64,000 nucleotides of DNA from IMG/VR virus record IMGVR_UViG_3300032301_001148, positions 1-64,000 of that record; one strand, 5' to 3'. The notes beneath the pieces were generated by a model. It was not told the origin of the DNA, made no database searches, and saw only the letters and a list, made by a program, of their open reading frames with translations. Positions 18,681 through 27,759 of this stretch are shown piece by piece. The translations under genes and the position numbers were made by a program. This stretch comes from a virus (Duplodnaviria > Caudoviricetes). Each line of letters starts with the position of its first letter. The first letter of the stretch is position 1.

Positions 18681-19196
18681 ATGAAGTTTAATAGGCAAAA
18701 AATTGTAGCTTTAATTCTTGAAGCTTTAAACGAAGAGGATGTTCGTGATAAATACGGACATCTTATCTCTACAGATTTGCCTAAATTAAAAAAAGATAGA
18801 TACCAAATACCTGATAGAGAAATAGTTTTTATATTGCAACCACTTATTTCATTTGTAAATCAAGAATATGCTAAAATAGCAAATGAAGTTTTACGAGAAA
18901 TGATAGAGGATGTTGTAAATATAAGAAAATTAAATCCTGATATGGAAAAAGCGGTTGCTATATTTAATAAAAAATATGATTCCGCTTTTTCAGTTAAGCA
19001 AATAAAAAATATATCGCTTGTATTCAAAGTTGCTGAAGAATTACGTGGAGTTCATAATTTAATAAACTTCTATCAACAGGTAACTAAAAGAGAAGGTATG
19101 AAGCCATCTTCATATCAACCTTCAAAAGATACTCCAAGAGAAGCAACACCAGTGTTAAAGGAAAAGAAAGTTAAGGTTAAATATAAATGCAATTAA
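18681..19196 (+). CDS. Hypothetical head-module protein
   Basis: N-terminus MKFNRQKIVALILEAL. Confidence 0.55.
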   Translation: MKFNRQKIVALILEALNEEDVRDKYGHLISTDLPKLKKDRYQIPDREIVFILQPLISFVNQEYAKIANEVLREMIEDVVNIRKLNPDMEKAVAIFNKKYDSAFSVKQIKNISLVFKVAEELRGVHNLINFYQQVTKREGMKPSSYQPSKDTPREATPVLKEKKVKVKYKCN

Positions 19197-19453
19197 TAAC
19201 TTTTATATTAGCTTGCTATGGCATGACAATGATTGTTGTATACGGTAAAATATTTGAACCTGTTCGTCCAAATCATTATTTTTTCCGTTGTACAATGTGT
19301 ATGGGATTTTGGGTTGGTTTAATTAATATTTTTATGATTGAACTTCCATTTAATGCATTTACAGCTGGCTGCATAAGCTCTGGAACTTCTTACTTATTAA
19401 GTCGTTTAGTTGATGATGATGGAATATTAATTAAATTGAAAAAAGAAAAATAG
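19187..19453 (+). CDS. Small membrane protein with CxxC (DUF1360-like)
   Basis: Three hydrophobic segments; FFRCTMCMGFWVG. Confidence 0.55.
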   Translation: MQLITFILACYGMTMIVVYGKIFEPVRPNHYFFRCTMCMGFWVGLINIFMIELPFNAFTAGCISSGTSYLLSRLVDDDGILIKLKKEK

Positions 19454-19456
19454 GTA

Positions 19457-19464
19457 ACTATTTA
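19457..19464 (+). promoter_or_regulatory. Candidate late-promoter motif ACTATTTA
   Basis: Recurring intergenic motif. Confidence 0.45.
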
Positions 19465-19487
19465 TAAATGATTGGAGGTGTTTACCT

Positions 19488-19559
19488 ATGAAGCAAGAAA
19501 TCACCTATATTAGACGTTATTTACTCCAGCCAGTGCGCCGTTGCTGTAATGGTAGTTGA
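19488..19559 (+). CDS. 23-aa peptide MKQEITYIRRYLLQPVRRCCNGS (below the track cutoff)
   Basis: Strong SD GGAGGTG at 19474-19480, ATG at 19488, TGA at 19557-19559. Confidence 0.55.
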   Translation: MKQEITYIRRYLLQPVRRCCNGS

Positions 19560-19563
19560 ATTT

Positions 19564-19596
19564 AGCCCCGATAAAATATTCGGGGCTTTAACCTTT
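19564..19596 (+). terminator. GC-rich hairpin, terminator or attenuator
   Basis: agccccga / tcggggct 8-bp stem followed by ttaaccttt. Confidence 0.5.
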
Positions 19597-19607
19597 ATAA
19601 AAACATT

Positions 19608-20219
19608 ATGTCAAAAGAATTATTAAGAGAATGGTACGAATTATGTGAAGGTGGCGTTTGTCAAGATTTATTGACAGAAGCAGAAAAACTTCATGTTAAA
19701 AATGGCGGCCTAATGTTGTCGGGGATTATGCAAAGAGCCGATAAAGAAAATGGCAATGGTCGTGTTTACGGCAAAACTATTTTAGAACGCGAAATAGAAA
19801 ATTACAAAAAACTTGTTGAAGACCGTAGAGCTTTGGGTGAATTAGACCATCCAGAAGATTCCGTAGTTAATCTTAAAAATGTCTCCCATATGGTTACAGG
19901 TATTTGGTGGGATGGCGATGCAGTAATGGGAAAAGTTAAAGTTTTAGATACTCCATCAGGAAAAATTCTTCGTTCTCTAGTAGAAAGCGGCGTAAAGCTC
20001 GGTATTTCAAGTCGTGGTTTAGGTAGCACAAGAAAAGAATACGGTAAAACCATCGTAGAAGATGATTTTCAGTTAATCTGCTTTGATTTCGTTCAAGAAC
20101 CAAGCACTCCCGGCGCATTTATGATGAGTGAAAGCAAAAAACGCACTCTAGACCCAAAAGCTATTTGGACAAAAGCAGACCGTTTAAATAGATTATTAAA
20201 TGATATTGTAAAAGGATAA
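19608..20219 (+). CDS. Prohead core protease (T4 gp21-like)
   Basis: NGNGRVY, ALGELDHP, GISSRGLGS and DFVQEPSTPGAF. Confidence 0.93.
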   Translation: MSKELLREWYELCEGGVCQDLLTEAEKLHVKNGGLMLSGIMQRADKENGNGRVYGKTILEREIENYKKLVEDRRALGELDHPEDSVVNLKNVSHMVTGIWWDGDAVMGKVKVLDTPSGKILRSLVESGVKLGISSRGLGSTRKEYGKTIVEDDFQLICFDFVQEPSTPGAFMMSESKKRTLDPKAIWTKADRLNRLLNDIVKG

Positions 20220-20225
20220 AAAGAA

Positions 20226-20624
20226 ATGTCAGAATTTCAATATAAAGCAGGATTAAATCACGTTGGCAGCTATCAAATAAGCGGTATTCCTTATGTAACA
20301 GGAAATTTAGTACTTCCCGCAAATGCAGCAGGTTCTGCATCTTTAGAAGTTGCATTTCCAAGTGTTACCAGCCTAATAACTTATACAAATCATGGTGGAG
20401 TGCATGCAAGAATTGGTTTTAGCAATAATGGTGTTAAAAATACTAATTTTTATTTAGTTGAACCAAGTGGTAGCGTAGAATTAAAAATTAGAACAACTAA
20501 ATTATTTTTGATTTCTAATAGTCCAATAGCCACATGTACTTCTGGTACTATTGCCGCTTCTCTAACTGGTATTACGGGTTACGATTTAACTACAAATTAT
20601 TCTGGTAGCAATGGTATAGGATAA
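20226..20624 (+). CDS. Small virion structural protein
   Basis: GLNHVGSYQISGIPYVTG; beta-rich composition. Confidence 0.55.
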   Translation: MSEFQYKAGLNHVGSYQISGIPYVTGNLVLPANAAGSASLEVAFPSVTSLITYTNHGGVHARIGFSNNGVKNTNFYLVEPSGSVELKIRTTKLFLISNSPIATCTSGTIAASLTGITGYDLTTNYSGSNGIG

Positions 20625-20631
20625 AATTTAA

Positions 20632-21783
20632 ATGCCCACTTTAATTGATTGCGCTGATACTTTAAATTGTGCCACATTATCGGGAAGCGATAACGTTAAT
20701 GTAGCTTTTCAAGCGGGCGTTCCAAATAAAATTGTTGTTTCTTTAACGCAGTCTGTTGTTGGATTATCTAACTTAGAAGTTACTGGAACAATTAAAGCAA
20801 AAAGCATACAATTATCTAACTCTGGTGGATATAGTTATTTAGAAATTGGTGCTCCCGTTGGTGCATACATAGATTTAAAAAATCCTGAATCTGATGATTT
20901 TGATTTAAGAATAATTTCTGATTCTGCACCAGCTGGTGGCGGTTATTTGCAAGCTGCCGGTGGAGCAATATTAGCACTATCTGGAAGTAATGTTGGAATT
21001 GGTACAAAATCACCATCTACCGAGTTAGACATTAGAGCAAATGGTTTTAATAATTTAGATATGATATCAGCCGGTGCAAGTGCTGGCTCATATGTTTCCA
21101 TGAAGCGTTCTAGAGGAACAATAGATTCTCGTACAATATTATCTAGCGGCGATTATGTTGGAGGATATTTATTTTATGGATACGACGGGGACCAAGATGT
21201 TATCTTGGGAGGAATGTACGGCATAGTTGATGGCGCACCCAGTGATAATGATATGCCGGGAGCTTTAGCATTTTCTACTACTGCTGATGGTGCCAGCGGT
21301 GTTACCGAAAGAATGAGAATTAATGCTGCCGGTAATGTCGGTATTGGAAGCACCAATCCCGGCTATACTCTAACTGTTACAGGGTCAATAGCAGCTAGCA
21401 ATTTACTTGGCGGTGCCACTACTTTAAGCGTAGATGCCACAGGACAAATAATTAGAACTCCTTCAGATGAAAGATTAAAAGAAAATATTCAATCACTAAC
21501 AGGCTCATTAGAATTAATTTCATTAATGAATCCAGTTAGATTTAATTGGAAAAATAAAGAATTATTTGGCGATAAAACAGATATAGGTTTAATAGCACAA
21601 GAAGTAAAAGAATTATTTCCTGAAACAGTAAGTACAGATAATGATGGAGTTTATGGTTTAGATTATACTAGATTAGTTCCTGTACTTGTTGATGGCGTTA
21701 AACAACTCAAACAAGAAAATGATGATTTAAAATCTAAACTAGATGATGTCTTAAAAAGACTTTCTTTATTAGAAACTAAATAA
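20632..21783 (+). CDS. Fibre protein with C-terminal intramolecular chaperone (peptidase S74)
   Basis: NVGIG..P...L fibre repeats; SDERLKENI...NPVRFNWK...GLIAQEV...LDYTRLVPVLVDGVKQL; terminal coiled coil. Confidence 0.85.
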   Translation: MPTLIDCADTLNCATLSGSDNVNVAFQAGVPNKIVVSLTQSVVGLSNLEVTGTIKAKSIQLSNSGGYSYLEIGAPVGAYIDLKNPESDDFDLRIISDSAPAGGGYLQAAGGAILALSGSNVGIGTKSPSTELDIRANGFNNLDMISAGASAGSYVSMKRSRGTIDSRTILSSGDYVGGYLFYGYDGDQDVILGGMYGIVDGAPSDNDMPGALAFSTTADGASGVTERMRINAAGNVGIGSTNPGYTLTVTGSIAASNLLGGATTLSVDATGQIIRTPSDERLKENIQSLTGSLELISLMNPVRFNWKNKELFGDKTDIGLIAQEVKELFPETVSTDNDGVYGLDYTRLVPVLVDGVKQLKQENDDLKSKLDDVLKRLSLLETK

Positions 21784-21819
21784 TTTTAATTGAACATATT
21801 TATAGCAATATAATAAGAT

Positions 21820-21827
21820 ACTATTTA
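21820..21827 (+). promoter_or_regulatory. Candidate late-promoter motif ACTATTTA
   Basis: Recurring intergenic motif. Confidence 0.45.
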
Positions 21828-21839
21828 TTGCGAGGACTT

Positions 21840-22208
21840 ATGAAAAAAGAAGAATTAAAACAAATTATCAAGCCTTTAATAAAAGAATGTTTAAAGGAAG
21901 TATTAGTAGAAGAAGGTTTTGCAAAAATGTTAAGCGAAACAAAACAATCTCTTCCTGTACAAGAAATCAAAAAACCGGTTCAACAAAGCGTCAATATTAA
22001 ACCAACCGCACTGTTAGAAGCAAAGAAAAAAATGCTGGATGCAATTGGCAATACTGGCTTTGATGCGTTTGCTAACACACAACCCTTACAAGAAGACAAA
22101 GAAATTGTTGGTAATGACCCCGGCATAGACATTAGCAAATTATTAGAAAACAAACAAGTTTGGAAACAAACATTAAATGCCATGAATGGCAAGAAAGTAA
22201 AAGAGTAA
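21840..22208 (+). CDS. Hypothetical head-module protein
   Basis: SD gagga before the ATG at 21840; MKKEELKQIIKPLIKECLKE. Confidence 0.6.
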   Translation: MKKEELKQIIKPLIKECLKEVLVEEGFAKMLSETKQSLPVQEIKKPVQQSVNIKPTALLEAKKKMLDAIGNTGFDAFANTQPLQEDKEIVGNDPGIDISKLLENKQVWKQTLNAMNGKKVKE

Positions 22209-22211
22209 AGT

Positions 22212-22517
22212 ATGAGTAAGCGTCCTGTAAATTTAGAAACAAAACTCCCAAAGGGAATGCAACCATCATTAGAAAATAATGAATTAATCATAAACAGATT
22301 CTTGAAAGCTTGCAGCAAAGAATCCCTAACACAGTATCTTTATGATTATTCAGCATACAATAGACGTTTTGATAAGCCAAGCGTTTTAGAACGTCAACGT
22401 CAATTACAATATAAGCGTAATGCAAAAAAAGCCAATCAATTGTTAATGACTGACCCTGAAACAACTCCTAAAAAGAAGAAGAAAAAAGTCGCTAAACGTG
22501 CAGAATCAGCACATTAA
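22212..22517 (+). CDS. rpsU: Divergent ribosomal protein bS21-like protein
   Basis: IINRFLKACSKE...RRFDKPSVLERQR parallels the bS21 consensus ALRRFKRxxxK...R.FY.KPS..R.R. The protein is basic and sits in the head module, where phage bS21 genes are known to occur. Confidence 0.55.
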   Translation: MSKRPVNLETKLPKGMQPSLENNELIINRFLKACSKESLTQYLYDYSAYNRRFDKPSVLERQRQLQYKRNAKKANQLLMTDPETTPKKKKKKVAKRAESAH

Positions 22518-22539
22518 TTGTCATTTCAGTGCAATTAAT

Positions 22540-22547
22540 ACTAATTA
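22540..22547 (+). promoter_or_regulatory. Candidate late-promoter motif ACTAATTA
   Basis: Upstream of the scaffold/major capsid operon. Confidence 0.45.
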
Positions 22548-22589
22548 AGTAAAAGTATTAGTCTTTTTTCCTGCATACAGGAGATATTC

Positions 22590-23924
22590 ATGTCAGAATT
22601 GTTACAACAAGCCATCGTTGATGCGACTGCTTTGAAAGAAGCAGCAATCAAAAACGCAGAAAACACACTTATTGAGAAATATTCTCAAGAATTCAAAGAA
22701 ACTGTTCAGAAATTGTTAGAGCAAGAGGTAGCTGCTGCGCCTGACACTTCTTCTACTACTACACCAACACCTGATGCCGCTTTAACAGCAGCCCCAGCTG
22801 ATGCAGAAGCTGCTATTGACCCTTCTGCTTTAGACCCAATGGCTGGTGGATTAAATGCAACAGGCGATATTGGTAAAAAGGATGCATTTTCTAAAGTTCC
22901 CGGCGTTTTTTCCGATACTTCTGATGATGAAATGATTACCATTAACTTTGACCAAATCCGTGCAACATTAAATGAAATGTTAGGCTATGAAACCAATCAA
23001 GACCCAACATCAGACGCTTTAGCACAAGGTAAAGCACCAATTAATGTAACAGAAGAAGAAGTAGAAGAAGAAATTTCTTCTCCCTCTAAAGTTAAAGTAA
23101 AGGTTGTTGGCGAAAAAGAAGAAATGGATGAATTAGAAGAATTAGAACTTGAAGAAGCGGAATTAGCATCGCCTGAAGTTGTTTCCGCAGAACAAGAATT
23201 AGCTGATAAACAAGCTGCAGTAGCAGGCGCACAAAAGAAAATCGGTGATGCAAAAGTTAAAGCTGCTCAAAAAGCTGCTGAACAAGCAAAAGCAGCAGCA
23301 GCTGGCGCTGTACCTAGCGCCATGGAAGAAGACATTGAATTAACCGAACAAGAATTACAAGAATTAGCTGAAGAATTAAAAGTTGATTTAAAGGTTGGAA
23401 ATTTAAGCGACGGCTATCTTGGTTCTACCGAAACACAAAAACGCGAACAACGTAATGTAGAATTGGCAGCTGCACGTGATGAAGCAGCAGCAAAAGAACG
23501 TGAAATAGAAGTTCAAAAAATGAAAGACTTGATGCAAGAAAATATAAAAGTCAAAGATTTAAACGGTGAATTATTAAAAGCAGTAGAAACATTAAAAGAA
23601 CAAATGGAAGCAATTAATCTTTCTAATGCTAAATTATTATACACAAACAAAGCTCTAGGAAATATCTCCTTGAATGAGCGACAAAAGCAGAATATTGTTG
23701 AATCAATTTCCAAAGCAGATAGTGTATTAGCGGCGAAGACAATCTATGAAACACTTCAAAATGCGGTTGACACTGTAACTAAAGAAAAAGAAGCTCCACA
23801 ATCACTCCGCGAAGCATTAAATAGAGCACCTTCTCCATTCGTAGTAAAGAAGTCCTCTGCTAACAGTATTAATGACTTAATGGCAGAAAGAATGAAAGCC
23901 CTAGCGGGTATCAAAAAACAATAA
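22590..23924 (+). CDS. Prohead core/scaffold protein
   Basis: Acidic coiled coil between protease and capsid genes; NLSNAKLLYTNK and C-terminal ERMKALAGI; SD aggag. Confidence 0.75.
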   Translation: MSELLQQAIVDATALKEAAIKNAENTLIEKYSQEFKETVQKLLEQEVAAAPDTSSTTTPTPDAALTAAPADAEAAIDPSALDPMAGGLNATGDIGKKDAFSKVPGVFSDTSDDEMITINFDQIRATLNEMLGYETNQDPTSDALAQGKAPINVTEEEVEEEISSPSKVKVKVVGEKEEMDELEELELEEAELASPEVVSAEQELADKQAAVAGAQKKIGDAKVKAAQKAAEQAKAAAAGAVPSAMEEDIELTEQELQELAEELKVDLKVGNLSDGYLGSTETQKREQRNVELAAARDEAAAKEREIEVQKMKDLMQENIKVKDLNGELLKAVETLKEQMEAINLSNAKLLYTNKALGNISLNERQKQNIVESISKADSVLAAKTIYETLQNAVDTVTKEKEAPQSLREALNRAPSPFVVKKSSANSINDLMAERMKALAGIKKQ

Positions 23925-23944
23925 CTATCTTAAGGAGATATAAA

Positions 23945-25720
23945 ATGAGTAACGTATTAGAAAAACTAACAGAAGGCGTCGTAGAACGCAATATGTTAAC
24001 AGAAACAAAAGCAATCGTAGGCAAGTGGGAAAAGTCCGGTTTATTAGAAGGTTTAAAGACCGAACGTGAACGCAGCACAATGGCAGTATTATTAGAAAAC
24101 CAAGCAAAAGAACTTCTCCGCGAATCAACCACAATGGCAGGAGGTGATGTTCAAGGTTTCGCAGCTGTAGCTTTCCCAATCGTACGCAGAGTATTCGCTG
24201 GCTTAATTGCTAACGACCTCGTATCCGTACAACCAATGAGCTTACCAAGCGGCCTTGTATTCTTCATGGATTTCCGTCGTGGCACAAACATTGGTAGCAC
24301 TGGTGACACCGTATTCGCAGTATCCTCTTCATTATTCGGTGACCGTCTTGGCGTACAAATCACTGGCGGCGTTCGTGTAGACGGCGTAGACTTTGCTGAA
24401 AAGGGTTTCTACAATCTTGCTAACGGCTATAACACATCACGCTACAGCAGCGGCGTAGCAACTGGTAGCGTAACAGTATCAAGCCCATTCAACTTGGAAC
24501 AAGGCGGTGCAAACGCAACCGCAGCACAATTAGCAGCAATCCGTTATGATGCTGACTTATTAGCAGGCGCTGATGCAACCCCATATGTATCCGCTTCTGT
24601 AATTACAGTAGCATTAAGCGACTTAGATTACGGTTCATTAATTGCACTTGACGATGTATTCGCAACCTCTCTTGTAACAAGCAGCGCAGACGTAAATGCA
24701 TCAGGTGATTACACAAGCGGCGGTGCATTAGGAGCCAGCGCAAAAGTAATTCGTCGCTTGAGCACTATCTCAGGTTCCAGTCTTGTTATGGTAGTTGCCA
24801 CAACAAGCACAAGCCCAACAAAAGCAAACTTGTTCTCTGGTGCTAACTTTGCAGTATTAACCTATCCAATCAAGGATAATCTTCAAGCTGTAGGTGCTGA
24901 TGCTCTCGGCGCAATCGCTGGTGCAACACCTTGGACATTTGAAGGTTCTACAGCAATTCCAGAAATTGAATTGAAGGTAGACAGCTTCTCCATCACTGCT
25001 CGTACACGTAAGCTCAAGGCTCAATGGACCCCAGAATTAGGTCAAGACTTGAACGCTTACCACAACTTGGATGCAGAAGTAGAATTAACCTCCATGTTGT
25101 CTGAACAAATTGGTCTTGAAATAGACCAAGAAATCCTTAATGATTTAGTTAAGGGTGCAACAGCAGGCACCAAGTATTGGAGCCGTCGTCCCGGTAAGTT
25201 CGTAAACCGTACAACCGGTGCAGAAATTAATGCCGGTTCTCCAACCTCACCACCAGACTTCACTGGTAACGTAAGCATGTGGTACGAAACACTCGTTGAA
25301 ACAATCAACGATGTATCTGCCAACATTCACCGTAAGACATTACGCGGCGGCGCAAACTTCCTCGTATGCTCACCAGAAGTTGCAAACATTCTTGAATTCA
25401 CCAGCGGTTTCCGTGCATCTGTAACAAACGATGCAGAAAAAGGTTCCGTAGGCGCAGTCAAGGTTGGCGATATGAACAAGAAGTGGGATGTAATTGTTCA
25501 CCCATACTTCTTACGCAACGTAATCCTAGTTGGTCGTAAGGGTGGTAGCTTCCTAGAAAGCGGTTACGTATATGCACCATACGTACCACTACAATCCACA
25601 CCAACCATCTTCTCACCAACCGACTTTACACCACGTAAGGCTGTAATGACCCGTTATGGTAAGGCAATGGTTCGTCCAGACATGTACGGCCTCGTAATTT
25701 GTCAAGACTTGTTGGGTTAA
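23945..25720 (+). CDS. Major capsid protein (T4 gp23-like)
   Basis: LLENQ, FPIVRRVF...ANDLVSVQPM, ARTRKLKAQWTPELGQDL.AYH.LDAE.EL, GYVYAPYVPL and MTRYG. Confidence 0.95.
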   Translation: MSNVLEKLTEGVVERNMLTETKAIVGKWEKSGLLEGLKTERERSTMAVLLENQAKELLRESTTMAGGDVQGFAAVAFPIVRRVFAGLIANDLVSVQPMSLPSGLVFFMDFRRGTNIGSTGDTVFAVSSSLFGDRLGVQITGGVRVDGVDFAEKGFYNLANGYNTSRYSSGVATGSVTVSSPFNLEQGGANATAAQLAAIRYDADLLAGADATPYVSASVITVALSDLDYGSLIALDDVFATSLVTSSADVNASGDYTSGGALGASAKVIRRLSTISGSSLVMVVATTSTSPTKANLFSGANFAVLTYPIKDNLQAVGADALGAIAGATPWTFEGSTAIPEIELKVDSFSITARTRKLKAQWTPELGQDLNAYHNLDAEVELTSMLSEQIGLEIDQEILNDLVKGATAGTKYWSRRPGKFVNRTTGAEINAGSPTSPPDFTGNVSMWYETLVETINDVSANIHRKTLRGGANFLVCSPEVANILEFTSGFRASVTNDAEKGSVGAVKVGDMNKKWDVIVHPYFLRNVILVGRKGGSFLESGYVYAPYVPLQSTPTIFSPTDFTPRKAVMTRYGKAMVRPDMYGLVICQDLLG

Positions 25721-25744
25721 TAATTAAAAGAGGTTAAAATCTCT

Positions 25745-25775
25745 GCCCCGCTACTGAAAGGTAGCGGGGTTTTTT
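25745..25775 (+). terminator. Rho-independent terminator after the major capsid gene
   Basis: gccccgctact-GAAA-ggtagcggggt followed by ttttt. Confidence 0.85.
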
Positions 25776-25801
25776 ATTTGTGAAGAAAGAACATAATTAT
25801 A

Positions 25802-25809
25802 ACTAATTA
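25802..25809 (+). promoter_or_regulatory. Candidate late-promoter motif ACTAATTA
   Basis: After the terminator and before the neck gene. Confidence 0.45.
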
Positions 25810-25835
25810 CTATACTATTTCCCGAGGAATAAAAG

Positions 25836-27140
25836 ATGGCACTTCCTAATTTTTCACCTGCTTCACAAATGAGTAAGGTGATTTTACCGCCAACTGGCAA
25901 CGTTTCAAACGTAACCGTATCCACTTTACCGTTTGGCGTTTATGTATCAACACAATATTGGACAAATGAACAAATAACAACTTATAAATCAGGCTCTGTA
26001 GAAGAAGTGGCATTTGTTTATAAGAAATTAGGCGGTGATGTAGTAGATATTGAATTGGTTGAAACACAAGTTCACGCCGCATACGAAGAAGCATGTCTAG
26101 AATATTCATATCTTATCAATCTTCACCAAGCAAAGAATGCTTTACCATTTGTTCTTGGACAAGATACAGGCTCTTTTAACAATGATGGTCAATTAACTGG
26201 CAGTAATAGCGGAAGTTTATTAAATGCCAATCTTGCATTTCCAAAAATGCAATTTACATATGCCAAAAATGTTGGCATGGCGGTTAATACATTAGTTGGA
26301 CTAAACAGTAATGAACCAATTTATTCTTCTTCATTTAATATGATACCGGGAACTCAAGATTATGACTTACAAGCAGCTGCTTCTGCTTCTGCGGTGCAAT
26401 ATGGATTTGATTTAAACGATAAACGTATTAATATCCAGAAAGTTTATTATAAAACCGCTGGTGCATCATGGAATTTCTATGGTTATTTCGGTGGTTTAAA
26501 CGTAGTAGGTAATTTAAGTACTTATGGTCAATATGCTGATGATAGCACATTTGAAATCATCCCAGCATGGCAAAACAAACTACAAGCCATGGCGTATGAA
26601 GATGCCATTAAGACACGTGTAAGCGATTGGTCGTTTCAAATTCGCAATAACATGTTAAGAATATTTCCTGTTCCTAATGCTTCTTCACCAGAAAAATTTT
26701 GGTTTGATTTTACTGTTGGTTCAAATGCATGGGAGCAAACTCCACAAACTGTTGGGGTTAGCGGCTCTACAATGCCAGCAGAAAGCGGAATTAACGGCAT
26801 TAACAACATGAATACGATGCCATTTCAAAATTTACCATACGATAAAATAAATAGCATTGGTAAACAATGGATTCGTCGTTTTGCTTTGGCATTATGCAAA
26901 GAAATGTTGGGTCAAATACGTAGTAAATGGGATAAAATACCAATTCCCGGCGATTCAGTTACATTAAATGGCGATAAATTAATCAGCGAAGGTAAAGAAG
27001 AACAAGATAAGCTTCGTGAAGAATTAAAGACGCAACTTGCAGACATGACATATGTTAAGTTGGGAGAAGACAGCGCTAAAACAATGGAAGATGCTTCAAA
27101 AACACAAGCATATGTTCCAAATCTCATCTTTGTGGGCTAA
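25836..27140 (+). CDS. Neck/head-tail adaptor protein (gp13-like)
   Basis: KKLGGDVVDIEL, WIRRFALALCKEMLGQIRSKW and IPG..VTLNG..L..EG; follows the capsid gene. Confidence 0.8.
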   Translation: MALPNFSPASQMSKVILPPTGNVSNVTVSTLPFGVYVSTQYWTNEQITTYKSGSVEEVAFVYKKLGGDVVDIELVETQVHAAYEEACLEYSYLINLHQAKNALPFVLGQDTGSFNNDGQLTGSNSGSLLNANLAFPKMQFTYAKNVGMAVNTLVGLNSNEPIYSSSFNMIPGTQDYDLQAAASASAVQYGFDLNDKRINIQKVYYKTAGASWNFYGYFGGLNVVGNLSTYGQYADDSTFEIIPAWQNKLQAMAYEDAIKTRVSDWSFQIRNNMLRIFPVPNASSPEKFWFDFTVGSNAWEQTPQTVGVSGSTMPAESGINGINNMNTMPFQNLPYDKINSIGKQWIRRFALALCKEMLGQIRSKWDKIPIPGDSVTLNGDKLISEGKEEQDKLREELKTQLADMTYVKLGEDSAKTMEDASKTQAYVPNLIFVG

Positions 27141-27145
27141 AATAA

Positions 27146-27661
27146 ATGGCAAGAAAGAAAAAAACAAAAGCTAGCATTGCAGAAAATATTGCAAGACAGC
27201 CAGACGCCCCACCGCCACCCCTCTTTTTGGGTGAAAAAGAACGTAATCTTGTTAAGCAAGTAAATGATGAAATCATTGAACGTGTAATAGGACAAACAAT
27301 TACCTATTATCCCATGAGTCGTGAACACACAAATTATAATCTTTACGGTGAGGCTATACAAAAAACTTTCCTTTCTCCAGTTAAAGTTCAAGCATTGGTA
27401 GAATGGGAAGGCAGTAAAACAGCAACTCAGGTTTTTGGTATTGACCGTGTTACTTCAATTACAGTCAATTTTCATCGCAGAAGATTAACAGAAGACCAAG
27501 ATTTATATGTCCGTGAAGGCGATTTTGTATTATATGGCGAAGTATTTTATGAAATTGTTACGATAGCGGAACCAAAAAATTTATTTGGTCAAGTAGATTA
27601 TAAATTTGAAGTTGTTACAAAGTGCATTAAGGCTAGAGAAAGCGTATTTAATGCCAAATAA
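27146..27661 (+). CDS. Head-closure/neck protein (gp14-like)
   Basis: IGQ.I.YYP, NLYGEAI.K.F and VREGDFVLYG; position in the morphogenesis operon. Confidence 0.75.
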   Translation: MARKKKTKASIAENIARQPDAPPPPLFLGEKERNLVKQVNDEIIERVIGQTITYYPMSREHTNYNLYGEAIQKTFLSPVKVQALVEWEGSKTATQVFGIDRVTSITVNFHRRRLTEDQDLYVREGDFVLYGEVFYEIVTIAEPKNLFGQVDYKFEVVTKCIKARESVFNAK

Positions 27662-27695
27662 AACAACAATTTATAGCTTTTTCAAAAAAAGTACT

Positions 27696-27703
27696 ACTAT
27701 TTA
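27696..27703 (+). promoter_or_regulatory. Candidate late-promoter motif ACTATTTA
   Basis: Upstream of the tail sheath gene. Confidence 0.45.
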
Positions 27704-27759
27704 TAATAAGTCAGTAGACTATAAATTTTGCCTATAAACTCCCAAAGGAGAATTGAATA

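Noticed and set aside
19557-19590. Selenocysteine readthrough of the peptide's TGA using the adjacent hairpin as a SECIS
   Set aside because: The frame reads TGA ATT TAG, so readthrough would add only two residues.
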